From Thelocarpon superellum (taxonomy: Eukaryota): a stretch of 64,000 bases of DNA. This document shows, piece after piece, positions 10,991 through 25,186 of this stretch. The position numbers and the translations under genes were made by a program. Location of the stretch: assembly GCA_026025795.1 (NCBI GenBank), contig JAPEUG010000001.1:62001-126000 (forward strand), given 5' to 3'. Each line of letters starts with the position of its first letter. Position 1 is the stretch's first letter. The notes beneath the pieces are model-generated. The model saw only the letters and a list, made by a program, of their open reading frames with translations. It was not told where the DNA came from and ran no database searches.

Positions 10991-13900
10991 CTAGGTGGCC
11001 GGGGCCGCTGCGTTGCGCGCCTCGATCCACTGCTGGACCTCGCCCTGGTGGAAGGCCAACATGTCACTCATGCCATCTTTAGGAGAGCGGATGATGTGGC
11101 CGAACTTCCGTTTCAGCGCTTTGCGCCCGGGCGCGAAGATCAGATGGTTCTGGTTGACAAAGACCAGTGAATTCTGCGTCAGTCGTCAGCCAACAACGAG
11201 CGCAGGGCGCAGGGCGGACGTGCCGCCAAGGCTGGGCATCCTACCCGCTTGTACCAGTCAGCGAAGAAGGTATCCATGTCCTTCCGGACCGAATGCAAGG
11301 ACGCATGGTTCACGAAGTTGATCGCTCCCTTGAGCGTCGACGCGCAGTCTGCGCCTCGCCGTCAGTACAGGCTCGCGAGAAGCGAGAAGCGAGAGGCGCC
11401 GCGTCGACCCACCACATGTGTTGAGGAAGTGGATGGCTGCCGAGTGTGCCTGCCCCACGCCCAGGACGAACAGCTTCTTGGCCGAATTGACCCTGACAGA
11501 AAAGGTTTAGCGTCTGGCTTTCTTGGCCTCCCTCTGCCAGCCAGGCTAACTGACTCGATGTAATTCTCCCACAGATAGCCCACCAGCTCTTTGGTCAGCC
11601 GAACGCTCAGTGGTTCCTCTTCCTCGCTTGACCCCTGATTATCCTGCATCTGCCTCAGTCCGAGTCCAGCACGAGCACATGGCTACTCACCTCGAGCTGG
11701 CTCACAAACTGGGGTACGTTGACATCAATCACCCCATATCCTGCGTCTGCCGCCCACTTGAGGTAAAATTTCAAGTGGTCATGCTATCCGCAATCAGGAG
11801 AGCCTTCAAGCGATGGCAACGGTCCATGGTACGTACCAGCCACGTGTTGTGGAGCACCAACTGGTTGGTGCGGGGATCCGAGACGCCCAACACGTCCGGC
11901 CTGCCGGATCTCGTTAGAGCTGGATGTCATGCGATCAGGAGCCTCCACTGAAGCTTACGGGTCATGGAAGACCAGGATCAATGTCTCCGCGCTGGCGAAA
12001 TTTTGGCTAGGATGCGGCGTCAGCCTGATCGGCTTCCTCTCCCAGATGCGCCGGGGCCTCACGTTGCGAGCACCTGGTTGTCGAAGCTCCGTGAGACGCC
12101 GTCTCGCAAGATCAGCAGGTTGATCATCGTATGGTTCTTGTAGAGCTCAACGCTCTGGTATTGCCGGATGACGTCTGGTTGAATCAGTGAGATGTAACGG
12201 AGTGCGAGACGGGGAGCAGGCCGCCGACCCGTCACATACCGTGCATTCTCTCGCCTTTCTGACCCTCGTTTGCTGGAGAACGTGATTAGCAACGTGCCAC
12301 GCCCCCGTGTCCTGTCATCCGCGTCCACTCACTCCACGCCAGATCGCCACACCGGAGGCACGCCCAGTATCGTGACTGGCGCCCCATAACTTTCTGCACG
12401 TCATCGGCTGCCACGTCACTGGCCACGAGGTGCCCCAGGCGATCCGGGGGCTCCCCCATCAACGTACGCGTTACGGCCAAGGCGGAGATGGAGATGGAGT
12501 GCAGGTTGTACCCTCCCTATACACCGGTCGTGGGTGAGTCTCACACACGCCCGGGGGGGTCGAGGGACGAAGAGGCTCTCCACATACCTCCAGGCACACG
12601 ACGACTTTGCCCTGGGCAAGCGACATCATGCCAAAGGTCATCTGTGCGTAACAGGCCGGCGAGACATGACAGCCACCCAGCTCGTCGCCCTCGGCAGCAT
12701 CAAATCCAGCCGACACTGAGACGAATTAGAAGGGTTGCCTTCCGTGTCCACGTCTCGGCAATGGCCTACCAATGACGAGGTCCGGATCGAACTCGGCAGC
12801 AATGGGCATGACGACCTTCTGGAAGGCATACATGTAATCGGCGTCCGTCATGCCTTTCTCCGTCCACGGAATATTGACGTTCCTGCCGGACATCAGTCTC
12901 GATGAGCACAAGCAATCCTGGGGGTCCCCTTCCATACTTTCCCACACCAGCACCCGCGCCGCAGTGCAAGTGGTCCCCGTTATTCCCACGGGGATAAAAG
13001 GCTCCGTTCTGGTGCACGTGGACGGAGATGTAGAGGATGTTGGGGTCCTCGTAGAAGGTATCTTGTGTGCCATTGCCTATCAATTCTTCATCAGCCTTAT
13101 GATGCATCGCGGACTGCCGAGGATCATACCGTGGTGCACGTCCCTACACTCGTTAGCGGGTGCGCATCGTGTCACGGAGATACCAGACTCACCAGTCGAA
13201 GATCAAAATCTTGCGGCAGGTGCTCGGGAATCGCTTCTGGCAGACTCTCGCGGCGACGCACACGTTATTGAAGATGCAGAAGCCTTGTGCCTCGTGAGGA
13301 ACCGCATGGTGGCCGGGTGGACGGATCACGGCCACCGCGTTCTTCACCCGGCCCTGCACTACGGCGCAACAGCTCTCGATCGCCCCGCCGACGGAGAGTT
13401 TGGAGCAGTAAAAGGTCATGTCGTTGTAATAGATGGAGTCGCCTGCTTCAATCAAGGCCATACGCTCGTTGGGCTTCATCCCTGCGCCGATGGTTAGCCA
13501 TCACGACATGCGCCGCGTGTGCGACCTCGCCATTGAAAAGGGACCGTACCGGCAGTACGCTTGACAAATGCGTAATGATCTGGCGTGTGCACCATCAGGA
13601 TCTCCGCTTTGTCCGCCAGCCGCGCGTTGATCGGAAACAGAATCTTGGACGCGGAGGCGGTGGATGTGCCGTTTCCGCTCACCAGGCCCGCCTCACACAA
13701 GATCTGGTAGATTGCATACACTCGCTGCGGCTCCTCGGGGTGAGCATCGTCGTCGATCGGAATGGCATGCCAACGGAAGCGGGCATCGTAGCAAAGGCCG
13801 GTGCGGAGGGACGACACGGCCAACGGATCGTTGGATGGGTCGATGTCCACCGGACGCGGGATATGCAGGGGAACGTCCTGGTCGGATGTCGGACCCGACT

Positions 13901-14108
13901 GCGGACGCGGAGAGTGGGCGCCGAGGCTACCCTCGTATCCTTTGCCCACGCCCACCTGGTCGGAGGGACCATCAAGCGTTTGTTCCATCAAAGGGACCGA
14001 AATGGTCGGCGGCCAAGACTCGAGAGCTCGGCCACTGTCAAGCAGGGTGTTCAGCCGCTCGTTGAGGAGCGTTGGTGCGCTCTCAAAACTATCAACTTCC
14101 ATCTTCAT
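10991..14108 (-). CDS. HDA1: Class II histone deacetylase Hda1/Clr3 with C-terminal Arb2 domain (many introns)
   Basis: [63 protein letters not shown], and an Arb2-like tail ending [11 protein letters not shown] at 10991. The start codon is uncertain. Confidence 0.92.
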
Positions 14109-15482
14109 CGCTCCGCCGTCGAGGCGAATCCGCTAGTCGAGGGCCTGCAGGTGCCTAGAGCAATCGCGGGAGAGGGCTGTCGCGCGTGGGAAGAGCTTGG
14201 TGATGCGTTTGATGTCAGAAAAGGAGATGGGGTGGACGAATCGCGGATCGACGGATGAGGTCTCCAAGCGCGTGGCAAGGTCGTGCACGACCGCTCTCGC
14301 ACCGCGAAGACGCCCCTCGGCCCGCTATGGTTGCAAGGAGCTGTATGAGAACGCTACAATCCTTCGAGGTGGATCAAACTCCCTTCTCTCCACCTCGCCA
14401 ACGCGCACGGCTCGGTTTCACGTCGCTGCTGCTGGGTTGGCAGAGCTCGCTGAGGTCGCGTCCACGGGGTTTCCGCAACGAATCTCCAGTCACGGGGCCC
14501 AGGGCCACATGAAAGAGAAAAGAATGCCTTAGATCGCAAGCCCCCGCCTTGCACCGCCAAAGAATAGGGGACGATTCTGGTCAACAAGCGAACGTGACCG
14601 CGGTGGGCTAAGCAGCTTCCGGCGCGAGAAACAAAAGCGGACCAAGTGATTGAGACGCGGCCACCCGGTTCCCACGGCGAGCGAGAAAATCAACATCACA
14701 GGACGTGCAAGCAGCGCAGGAGGGGATATGGGCGACGCAGTGGGATTGTCCGCGATTCCGCCGTGCCTGGCTGTGGCTCGTTGCGCGGCAGAGCCACAGC
14801 GGTGGGCGTGCGTGCTGCCCGTGCTTCACGGCGACGGGCGAGGGTCAACGCGGGGTAGACATGATGCGAGGAGTCAAGGATGCACCGAATGGTCCGCCGT
14901 GAGATGCTGCGTACAACGCTGGTCGTACAGGCTGCAAACAGAGATGGAAGCGCGGTGTTGATCGACCAACGCGTGATCAGGCCCGAGAACCGCGACTAGA
15001 TCTAATGTTAGTAAGTCTGGCGGTCCGCGGTTGATGGCGAGTTATCGCCACAAGCGAGAGGCGACTTAATTAACCGTTGGGACCTGCCGGATGCTTTCGC
15101 TGTACGCAAATCAACGCCTGCCGTGCCCCCATGGTTGCGAGGTGGTTGCGGTTGAAGGTCAGCACCGGGGTGCCTACTTCATTCGCCTCACCATCTCGTC
15201 GACGACTGGGCCGGTCGTCGCATACTTGTGCCACACAGCGCATCAGAATCTCGACTCGTTTGCATCCAGGTGCCACGACCATCGCTCCATTTTCTCTACG
15301 AGACGACCTCTATCGATGACATTTTAGGCTAAGGAAATGGCCAGACTCGGGCCGTACTTGCTGCCTCTTGATTTGCTTGTTCCGTGGGTCCATTCGCATG
15401 CCTGCGGGCGCCGCGTCAGGCAGCCCAGGCGGCGTCTTCTCTGGCGCACGTCCATCACAATCGCACCACGGTTACGTAGCGA

Positions 15483-16818
<1,336 letters not shown>

Positions 16819-17304
16819 GTTTCGAGCTGTTGCCGTGGATCCGTCTGGGTGTTCAACAGAGGTCAGGTCTAAGCGGACTGACTTGGATCTTGACGTCTGG
16901 ATCTGAACAGAAGATAATGATTTCGGTTTCTGCAAGGTTGCGGTGTTTGCAGAAGCTGCTGCCAGAGACGACTTGGCTCAACGGTTGTTGGGCGGGGCGG
17001 CTTTAATAGCCCCGCTACTCCCCCACTCGCTTGTCCGAGTACCACCCTTGCATCGTGCGACTTGTTAGGAATTTCCGCCCTTGGCTCTCTGCCCGTTGAC
17101 CGTTTTTACTTCGTAACTCGTCCTCTTCGCCCTGTCCCACGCTAGGCGTAGGACTACTCATACCCCCGAGTGTCAAGCTCAACCTCCACGGATTGATTGT
17201 CCGCTGCCAGTCGTGTTCGTAGTGTGAGCGGTCGCTCCTCTGAACGCACCCGCCGGCCCCCACCACGTGCAGTCCCACGTCATTGTCACCATGACGACTG
17301 ACCA

Positions 17305-17337
17305 AGAACCACTACTACTAGTAGTAGTAGTGGTTCT
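17305..17337. repeat. Perfect 16-bp inverted repeat built on CTA/TAG triplets
   Basis: AGAACCACTACTACTA-G-TAGTAGTAGTGGTTCT, upstream of the GAPDH start. Confidence 0.85.
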
Positions 17338-18188
17338 ACTAGTAGTGGTTGTACTAGTAGTACTAGATGTAATCACGGTGCTGCTCAAGACGCATTTTCA
17401 CGTTGCATACCCATCCCCGTCCGCCCTCTACAGGAGGAGCACAAGTCAGCCGCTGAACTACAAGGCGCACCTGATATTCTGGTTCTTTGCGAAAACGCCG
17501 CTGCTGCAGTCTGCTGAACTGTAAGGAACACACGATAACTCGGTCTTTTGCGTTTCTGTCGCTGCGGCAGTGACGGACAGCGATGCCGATGAAGTCGCCG
17601 TAGAAACGTACGAGAGGCGAAGGACTGTAGCCGGAAGTTTTCGGAACTTCATGCTGTCAACATTCCCTCGTGACTTGGGGGATCGCCACATGCTGCCGGT
17701 CCTTGTTCCTTTCAAAGCCATGCGGCTGAGGACCAGGAAGACTGGGTCAGATGCGGAGCTTGTGGATGAATAATTCCTGTTGCGTTGACTCATTCTCCCT
17801 TCATCTTGCATGGGATCGTTCAATTGCAAGCAGCAGCTTGCTAGGATCAGGCCATCCGCCGTGTCCCATGCGCACCAAGGCGTTAGTCAGCCTTTTGGGG
17901 CTTTGCAGCCAGATTCGCGCGAGCTCTGAGCCAATCATGGACGAGAAATAAGAATTGGGGCGAGTGCTCGGCGCCGGGAGATTTTAGCGCATCACGAGTT
18001 TCGGAGCAGAACAAATCTAACATACACCAGCGATAGCTACGTGCGAACGTGAACCACCTAGACGAGGCAGGGTCCGGCCATTCTCCGTCCGTCGTGCGTT
18101 CGTCCATCAGCGTTGCGATCGTCGGCGCTGCTACGGCATCAATTGCTCCATCTCCTGCAGTCCGCACCCTGCTGCTGCTGCTCCGACC

Positions 18189-18901
18189 ATGCTGCGCTCG
18201 TCCGTGGCCCGATCAGGCCATACCAGCGCGACGTCTCTCCTGACCCGCCGGGCCCTTCCGGCATCGCGATCAACGTTGGCGACGTGTCTCTATACCGCGC
18301 CACGGGATCAGCAATCGAAGCGTGGAGCACATGCCATCTCCAATCCGACGTTAGCCAACATCGAGAAGCGATGGGAGTTGATGCCACCGCAGGAGCAGGC
18401 CGATCTCTGGATGCAATTACGAGACCGGATGAAGGCGCCGTGGGCTGAGATGACGCTGCAGGAGAAGAAAGCGGGTACGTTCAGCCTCCCTCTGCCTGTA
18501 TCCGATCGCATGACGCACCGGTCTGGCCATGTCTAACGCGTCCTCGCGTCCAGCTTACTGGATTGCTTTCGGGCCTCATGGCCCCCGCGCCCTTCCTTCT
18601 CCCGGCGAAGGCTGGACCATCTTCTCGTACACCATGATCGGAATGGCGGCGGCCTTTGTGCTCATGTGGGGCGTACGATCGGCCGCGAGACCGGCGCCGT
18701 CGACGATGAACAAGGAATGGCAGGAACAGACGAACGAGTACCTCAAGGTATGTATCATCCCTCTCCTCCCTCGCTCATCATGCCATCGCCTTACATACAT
18801 TCCATCACCAGTCGCAACGAGCCGAGCCGATCACGGGCATCTCATCCGAAGGCTACGAGGGCAAAGGCCAGGTTCAGAGCAAGCCAAAGGGCAAAGAATA
18901 G
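18189..18901 (+). CDS. COX5: Cytochrome c oxidase subunit 5 (COX4 family), mitochondrial precursor, two introns
   Basis: Arg/Ser-rich presequence, then AHAISNPTLANIEKRWE, EKKA|AYWIAFGPHGPR, TMNKEWQE and EPITGISSEGYEGKGQVQS. Confidence 0.95.
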
Positions 18902-19315
18902 GCCATCAACCGACGGGGATGCTGGCGGTGTCGACGGCGTGGTTCGCTCCTCGCTCTCGCCATTGTCAAGCAGGATGAGGTGGAGAGTGGGAAGAAGAAC
19001 GGGAAGAGGAGCGGGAGGAGGAGATGGTAGCGATGGAGGTGAAAGAAGTGTATTACAACCAGATAGATTATCACTACCTGCTCACAAATGCATACCTGCG
19101 GCTTTCGTTTCTGAAAAGTCCAAGTGCCCTCTGCAAAGATTGTGATTCCGGAAAGTAGCCTATGCAAGGATACAACATGCTTTGCTTTCGATCTCTACTC
19201 ACGGTCCCTCATTCTATGTCCTACACCGCTGACATGCCCCATGATTTCACGGTACAGTAGTCCCACCAGCTCCTCCATGATCTCGTTCTGTCTCATCCGT
19301 CCCACCCCGATGTAC

Positions 19316-21262
19316 TCAGGAAGATCCCGAAGCCGTGGCTTTCTGTCGATACTGCTCGAAATTGCGGATTCGAGGGGGTCGTGGCTCGCCACCGCCATGA
19401 TCGCCGCTCCCTGGCTCGCCTCCCTCCTTTCTTGGTCGCCTTTTCGCCTCCCATTCTTCTTCTTCTGCGGCGATCATCGAGTGGAAGGTGGGTTGTTGCC
19501 CTCGAGCCAGGTAGATAGGCGCTTGTTTCTTCTGTGCGACAGCTTCGGTGATGAGAATGTACTTGATTGACGAGCCTGCGGTGAGGTCATGTTAGTCGGA
19601 GTCTAGTGGGGAGGCAGGAAGATTAGAACGCCATGTACCAGGTGCTTCAAACATGGCGTCACCTAAGAGCCGCTCCAGCACTGTTCGTAATCCTCGAGCG
19701 CCGTTGCCCATCCCTAGCGCCGTCCGAGCGATCTGCCTCAAGGCCGCGCTGGTACATCGGAGCTCCACACTGGACAACTGAAACAGCTGTTCGTACTGCC
19801 GCATCAGGCTGTTGCGGGGCTCGGTCAACACCCGCACTAACGCCTCCTCATCGAGAGATGCGAGGGCAGTGGTGACGGGGATTCGTCCCACCAGCTCCGG
19901 GATCATGCCATATCGTCGTAGGTCATCTGGCTCGACCAGGTCCAGCGCGTTCCGTGGCGAGGTCGCGGAGCCCTCAGCATTATCGGTGAAGAAGGGTAGA
20001 TGTGTTTGGAAGAGCTGTTCTTCGCCGTCGATGGTGGTGTTAGTTGGGTCTGCATTGGATGCGCGCACCGGCTGCCCGAAACCGATGCTGCCGCGAGAGA
20101 CGCGGTCCATGACGATCTTGTGCAACCCAACAAAGGCTCCGGTGAAGATGAAGAGAATGTTATCCGTCCGCACGTTGTATATCTCATTCTTGCCATGGCC
20201 CGTTGCGCCGGTTGGCGTGCTGCCCATTCCTCCTCCGGGGGCGGTTCCGTGGCCCGTAGGCGGTGACGATCGGCCCGCACCGCGCTCTTGTTTCGCGTTG
20301 ACCTGCAAGGTGGTGCCTTCGATAATCTTCAACAGCGCCTGTTGCACGCCTTCTCCACTCACGTCTTTGCCGTGGTTGACTTTCGCGGTGGCAATTTTGT
20401 CGACCTCATCGAGGCAGATGATGCCTCGCTCAGCCCGTGCAACGTCGTGATTGGCCGCAGCCAGCAGACGCTGCACGCAAACATCGGCATCCTCACCAAT
20501 ATAGCCAGCTTGGGTGAACGGAGTGCAGTCGGACATGCTGAAGGGGACCTCGAGCACGCGCGCCAACGTTCTAGACTATCAGTTAGCCCCTTGTGTACGT
20601 GAATCCCACGCCGACGTACGTACTTGGCCATGAGCGTCTTGCCGACCCCTGAAGGACCCAGCATCAGGATGTTGGACTTTTCGATTGTCAGAGGCATGTA
20701 GTCCATCAGCGGTGCTGGAATCACCGGGTCCTGGGTGGCTGGTCTCCGTGAAGCCTGGGCCTGCACGGTTCGCTGCTGTCCCGGGAACTCATCTGCTAGG
20801 ACTGTTGGATCAGGAACGGTACCATATCTAGATACGTTCATGCTCACCCTCGACCGGATGCCGCTGGCCCATCTCCCTCCGGGCCTGCTGCTGAAGCAAT
20901 TGCTCCTCTTCCTCATCACGTCGTTGGAGCTCTTGGATGCGTTGATAGTGATTATATACGGCGACGCTCAGGACTTTCTTGGCCCGCTCTTGCCCGACGA
21001 CGAATAAGTCCAGGTGCTGTTTCAGCGCTTTCGGTGTCAGTCTTGGTGCGCCGAAGATGGACGCATCGCCGAGCGGGCCGGACGTGGGGAGGCCAGGCTC
21101 ATAAGAGCCGGTGTACGGCTGGCTGGTGAAGTCGGACCGATGGAAATCTGACGTCGGGGGAGCAGATGTTACAGCGGAGGAATGAAGACCGCGGTAGATG
21201 GATGACAGGGCGAGGTAAGATAACCGTGCCTGGTGGGACACGGTCGTGGAGGTGCTAAGCAT
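19316..21262 (-). CDS. MCX1: Mitochondrial ClpX AAA+ unfoldase (spliced)
   Basis: [35 protein letters not shown] (Walker A), [39 protein letters not shown] and GARGLR. Confidence 0.93.
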
Positions 21263-21514
21263 GGCCGGGAGGACCAAGATGGGCCGGTTGCGACCGCTTG
21301 ACTCACCTCAGGCCGAAGATGGCTGGATGGTGGATAGAGGCATTGAGATATCAGAGTATCTGGCTGCTGCGGCACAGGGCGGAAGTTACTAGCCAATCAA
21401 GGCCGCGTTTGGAGCCTCATGAGATTCACGCCCAGGTGGCAAGTGGCGGCGGGGTAGCTTACACAATAGCCTATGAGCGTGGTATGAGCATTTTGCTCGT
21501 TAGCTGAAGGGCCC

Positions 21515-21583
21515 CGTTGGCTATAGTTAGATGGTAATGCTACCCCCACTAGGCGTAGCATTACCACCTAACTAACGCCTACG
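21515..21583. repeat. Long imperfect inverted repeat / hairpin in the divergent MCX1-GLC3 intergenic region
   Basis: TAGTTAGATGGTAATGCTAC (21524-21543) pairs with GTAGCATTACCACCTAACTA (21555-21574) with one mismatch. The loop is 11 nt, with an imperfect outer extension. Confidence 0.8.
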
Positions 21584-22168
21584 ACAACTCACACAGTGCC
21601 ACCACCGTAAGCGACGAAACAGGCTCGGCAAGGTTCAAGCGACCCAGACCGCCTGCAACGCCGGCTGTCCCTTACGCCGCACAATCCACCTAGAATTGGG
21701 AAGAGAAGGGTGTTGCCATACCATTGCGGGCCTCGATTCAAAGGGTCCGGACGCTCCAGTTGGTTCATGGAGCGAGAAGGCACTCCGAGCGCCGGTTTGA
21801 AGCGAAGTTAAGTATGTCCTTCGGTCGGCGTTCCTCTGAGGTGCTTGTGCTCGTACTTGCACGCCCGTACATTGGACTCGCCTCATGCATCGTGACGTTA
21901 CCCTAGAGCTTTGTTAAAGGTTAAATTTGGAGCCCAAGTGGGCTGAGAAGTAGAGGGGAATCAGCCCCGCAGCTTGGAAATGTTGTAACTCTCCCCATTC
22001 TCACACCTCTGCAAGCGGAGGCCTCCGACGAGCAACCATCTCGATCTTGCTCAATTGACGGCCAAGAGCACTTGGTCGCATGCCGCCGCACGAGATTCCC
22101 ATCTTAACGTACCCCGAACCGACACGAGCCGGGCAGACATCATAGACACCATCTACACCGACTCCGTC

Positions 22169-24598
22169 ATGGCCGCGGGAACGGGTGCGAATCAGGGTCC
22201 GGCCGATGGCACCGGTAAAATCCACGCCTTTTAATGTTGGCCTGGCTCACGCGCGGTAGGCGTGGTCCAGTTGGATCCTTGGCTGTCGCCCTTCAAGGAT
22301 GCCCTACGGAAGAGATACGCCAAAGCGCAGGACTGGATCAAGACCATCAACAAGACCGAGGGGGGGTTGGACAAATTCAGTCGAGTCAGGCTTGCATCTG
22401 ACTGCGGTGATGGGCATCGATGCTAACACGACCAAAGGGATATGAGAAGTACGGGTTCAATGTCGATGGCAGTGGAAACATCACCTATCGAGAATGGGCG
22501 CCCAATGCCACGCAAGCCTTCCTCATTGGAGACTTCAGTACCGTCACTCCTGTCGCTCTGTGCCTCCGGGGAGCTGACCATGTCCCAGATGAATGGAATC
22601 GAGAGGCGACCCCACTGACGAAGAATGAATTCGGGGTGTGGGAGACTATGCTCCCGTCCAAAGACGGGCAGCCGGCGATCCCGCACAACACCAAGATCAA
22701 GGTGCGCTGCGGTGCGATCTCTATTTGTGCTGCGAAGCCTCACCTGACCGGGTGTATAGATTTCCATGATCATCCCGTCCGGGGAACGAATCGAGCGCAT
22801 CCCTGCGTGGATCACCCGTGTGATCCAGGATCAGTCAGTGTCAAGCGTCTACGACGGCGTCTTTTGGCACCCACCGGCTGCGGAACGATACGTGTTCAAG
22901 CACCCACGGCCCGCTAAGCCGCTCAGTGCGCGCATCTATGAAGCGCATGTGGGCATCTCGACCCCTGAGCTGCGTATTGGCACGTACAAGGAGTTCACCA
23001 CGAACCTCCTGCCGCGCATCAAGCACTTGGGCTACAACGTGATTCAGCTTATGGCTGTCATGGAGCATGCTTACTATGCCAGCTTTGGCTATCAGATCAC
23101 GAATTTCTTCGCCGCCAGCAGTCGCTATGGCACGCCCGACGACCTGCGTGAACTCGTCGACACGGCGCATGGGATGGGCATCGTCGTTCTCCTGGATGTC
23201 GTGCACAGTCACGCGTCCAAGAACTCGCTCGACGGCCTCAACATGCTCGATGGCTCCGATCATCTCTATTTCCACGAGGGCGCTCGCGGCCGGCATGAGC
23301 TGTGGGACAGCCGGCTGTTCAATTACGGGCATCACGAAGTCCTCCGCTTCCTGCTCAGCAACCTGCGATTCTGGCTCAATGAGTATTGTTTCGATGGCTT
23401 TCGCTTCGACGGGGTGACGAGCATGCTCTACAATCACCACGGCATCGGCACGTGAGTTGCGACTGGTGGGCCCAGGTGGCGAGGCGCGGGCACTGATGGG
23501 CGTACAGCGGCTTCTCCGGCGGCTATCATGAATACTTCGGTCCAGGCGTCGACGAGGAGGGTGTCGTCTACCTCATGCTGGCCAATGAGATGCTGCATTC
23601 CCTCGTCCCGAGCTGCATCACCATCGCCGAGGACGTCTCGGGCATGCCGGCCTTATGTCTCCCTTTGTCGCTCGGCGGTATCGGCTTCGACTACCGCCTG
23701 GCCATGGCCATCCCCGACATGTGGATCAAGACGCTCAAGGAGAAGACGGACGATCAGTGGGACATGAATGCGCTCTGCTTCACCCTCACCAACCGACGAC
23801 ATGGCGAAAAGACGATTGCATATGCGGAGAGCCACGATCAGGCGTATATCTCTCCCTCCTCCTCAGACGGACGGCGCTGACGCGCGACGTATAGGTTGGT
23901 TGGGGACAAGTCGCTCCTCATGTGGCTGATTGACAAGGAGATCTATACGCACATGTCCATCCTCACCGAGCTGACGCCGATCATCGAGCGTGGCTTGGGC
24001 TTGCACAAGCTCATCCGCTTGGTCACGCACGGCCTCGGCGGCGAGGGATATCTCAATTTCGAGGGCAACGAATTTGGACACCCCGAGTGGCTGGATTTTC
24101 CCCGCGAGGGCAACAACAATAGCTACTGGTACGCCCGACGACAGTTTAACTTGATCGACGACAAGGACCTCCGCTATAAGTTCCTCAACGAGTTCGACGC
24201 CAAGATGCAGTGGACGGAAGAGCAATACGGCTGGCTCCACTCGCCGCCCGCGTATGTCAGCCTCAAGAACGAGGCGGACAAGGTCATCGTCTTTGAGCGG
24301 GCGGGGCTCCTCTGGATCTTCAACTTTCATCCGTCCCAGAGCTTCGCGGATTATCGGGTGGGGGTCGAACGGAGCGGCACCTATAAGATCGTGCTCAACA
24401 GCGACAGCCCGGCGTATGGCGGCTTTGGCCGGATCGACGAGAACACGCGCTTCTTCACGACGGCGCTCGAGTGGAACGGACGGAAGAACTTTGTTCAAGT
24501 CTACATTCCCACACGGACCGCAATCGTGAGTGATCCTGCCGGCCGCTCCGCCAGACAAGCCGTACTGAACCCGCCTTTAGGTCCTGGGGCTGGAGTGA
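22169..24598 (+). CDS. GLC3: 1,4-alpha-glucan (glycogen) branching enzyme, GH13 (spliced)
   Basis: [60 protein letters not shown] and [14 protein letters not shown]. Confidence 0.96.
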
Positions 24599-25186
24599 CG
24601 CGTGAGGGAGCCTACGGGCGGCCGCGCGGATGTGAAAGAATCGATAAACAGTGCATGAGTTCCCTTCTGTAGATACACGTAGACGACCGGGTATGGCGTG
24701 GCCGTACGGTGGTCGGAGACCAGAGCCAACAACCCAAGAAACATGATCGAAGAAGATGACGTTCAGCTTGTGGCGGAGCGGCGCTGCAATTGGTCGAGCG
24801 ACTGAGTTCGAGAGGTTCTTGTACCTGCCTGGATCTTGTGCCAAACCCTCTGGGTCGTGCCCACACGGGGGTGGCAGGTCACGGCGACTGCTCCCTAGGG
24901 GGGGGCTCGTACTCGTACCAACAGCCTCACCCTCACCGCCAATGAAGTCAGCCCTACGGATGTTGGAAAGCGCCCCCAATTACTCGGCCTTGGCACGCAT
25001 CAGACCGGAAGATTTGACGTGGCTGACACGATAACTCATGGCATCTCCCGTGGCATCGCATCGTGATGTCAGCAAGAGCGGCCGTGGAGTTCCCCCCACT
25101 CCCAGTGTAACCACCTCCTCCACTCGCTCGTAGCGTGAAGGGTGAGGGCAATCGTGAGCCTGGGGAGCTCGCCCGTGCCCGACACA

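Noticed and set aside
17400..17960. Short ORFs between GAPDH and COX5, with a possible GTAAGG...CAG intron
   Set aside because: No recognisable protein in any frame. Probably promoter or intergenic DNA.
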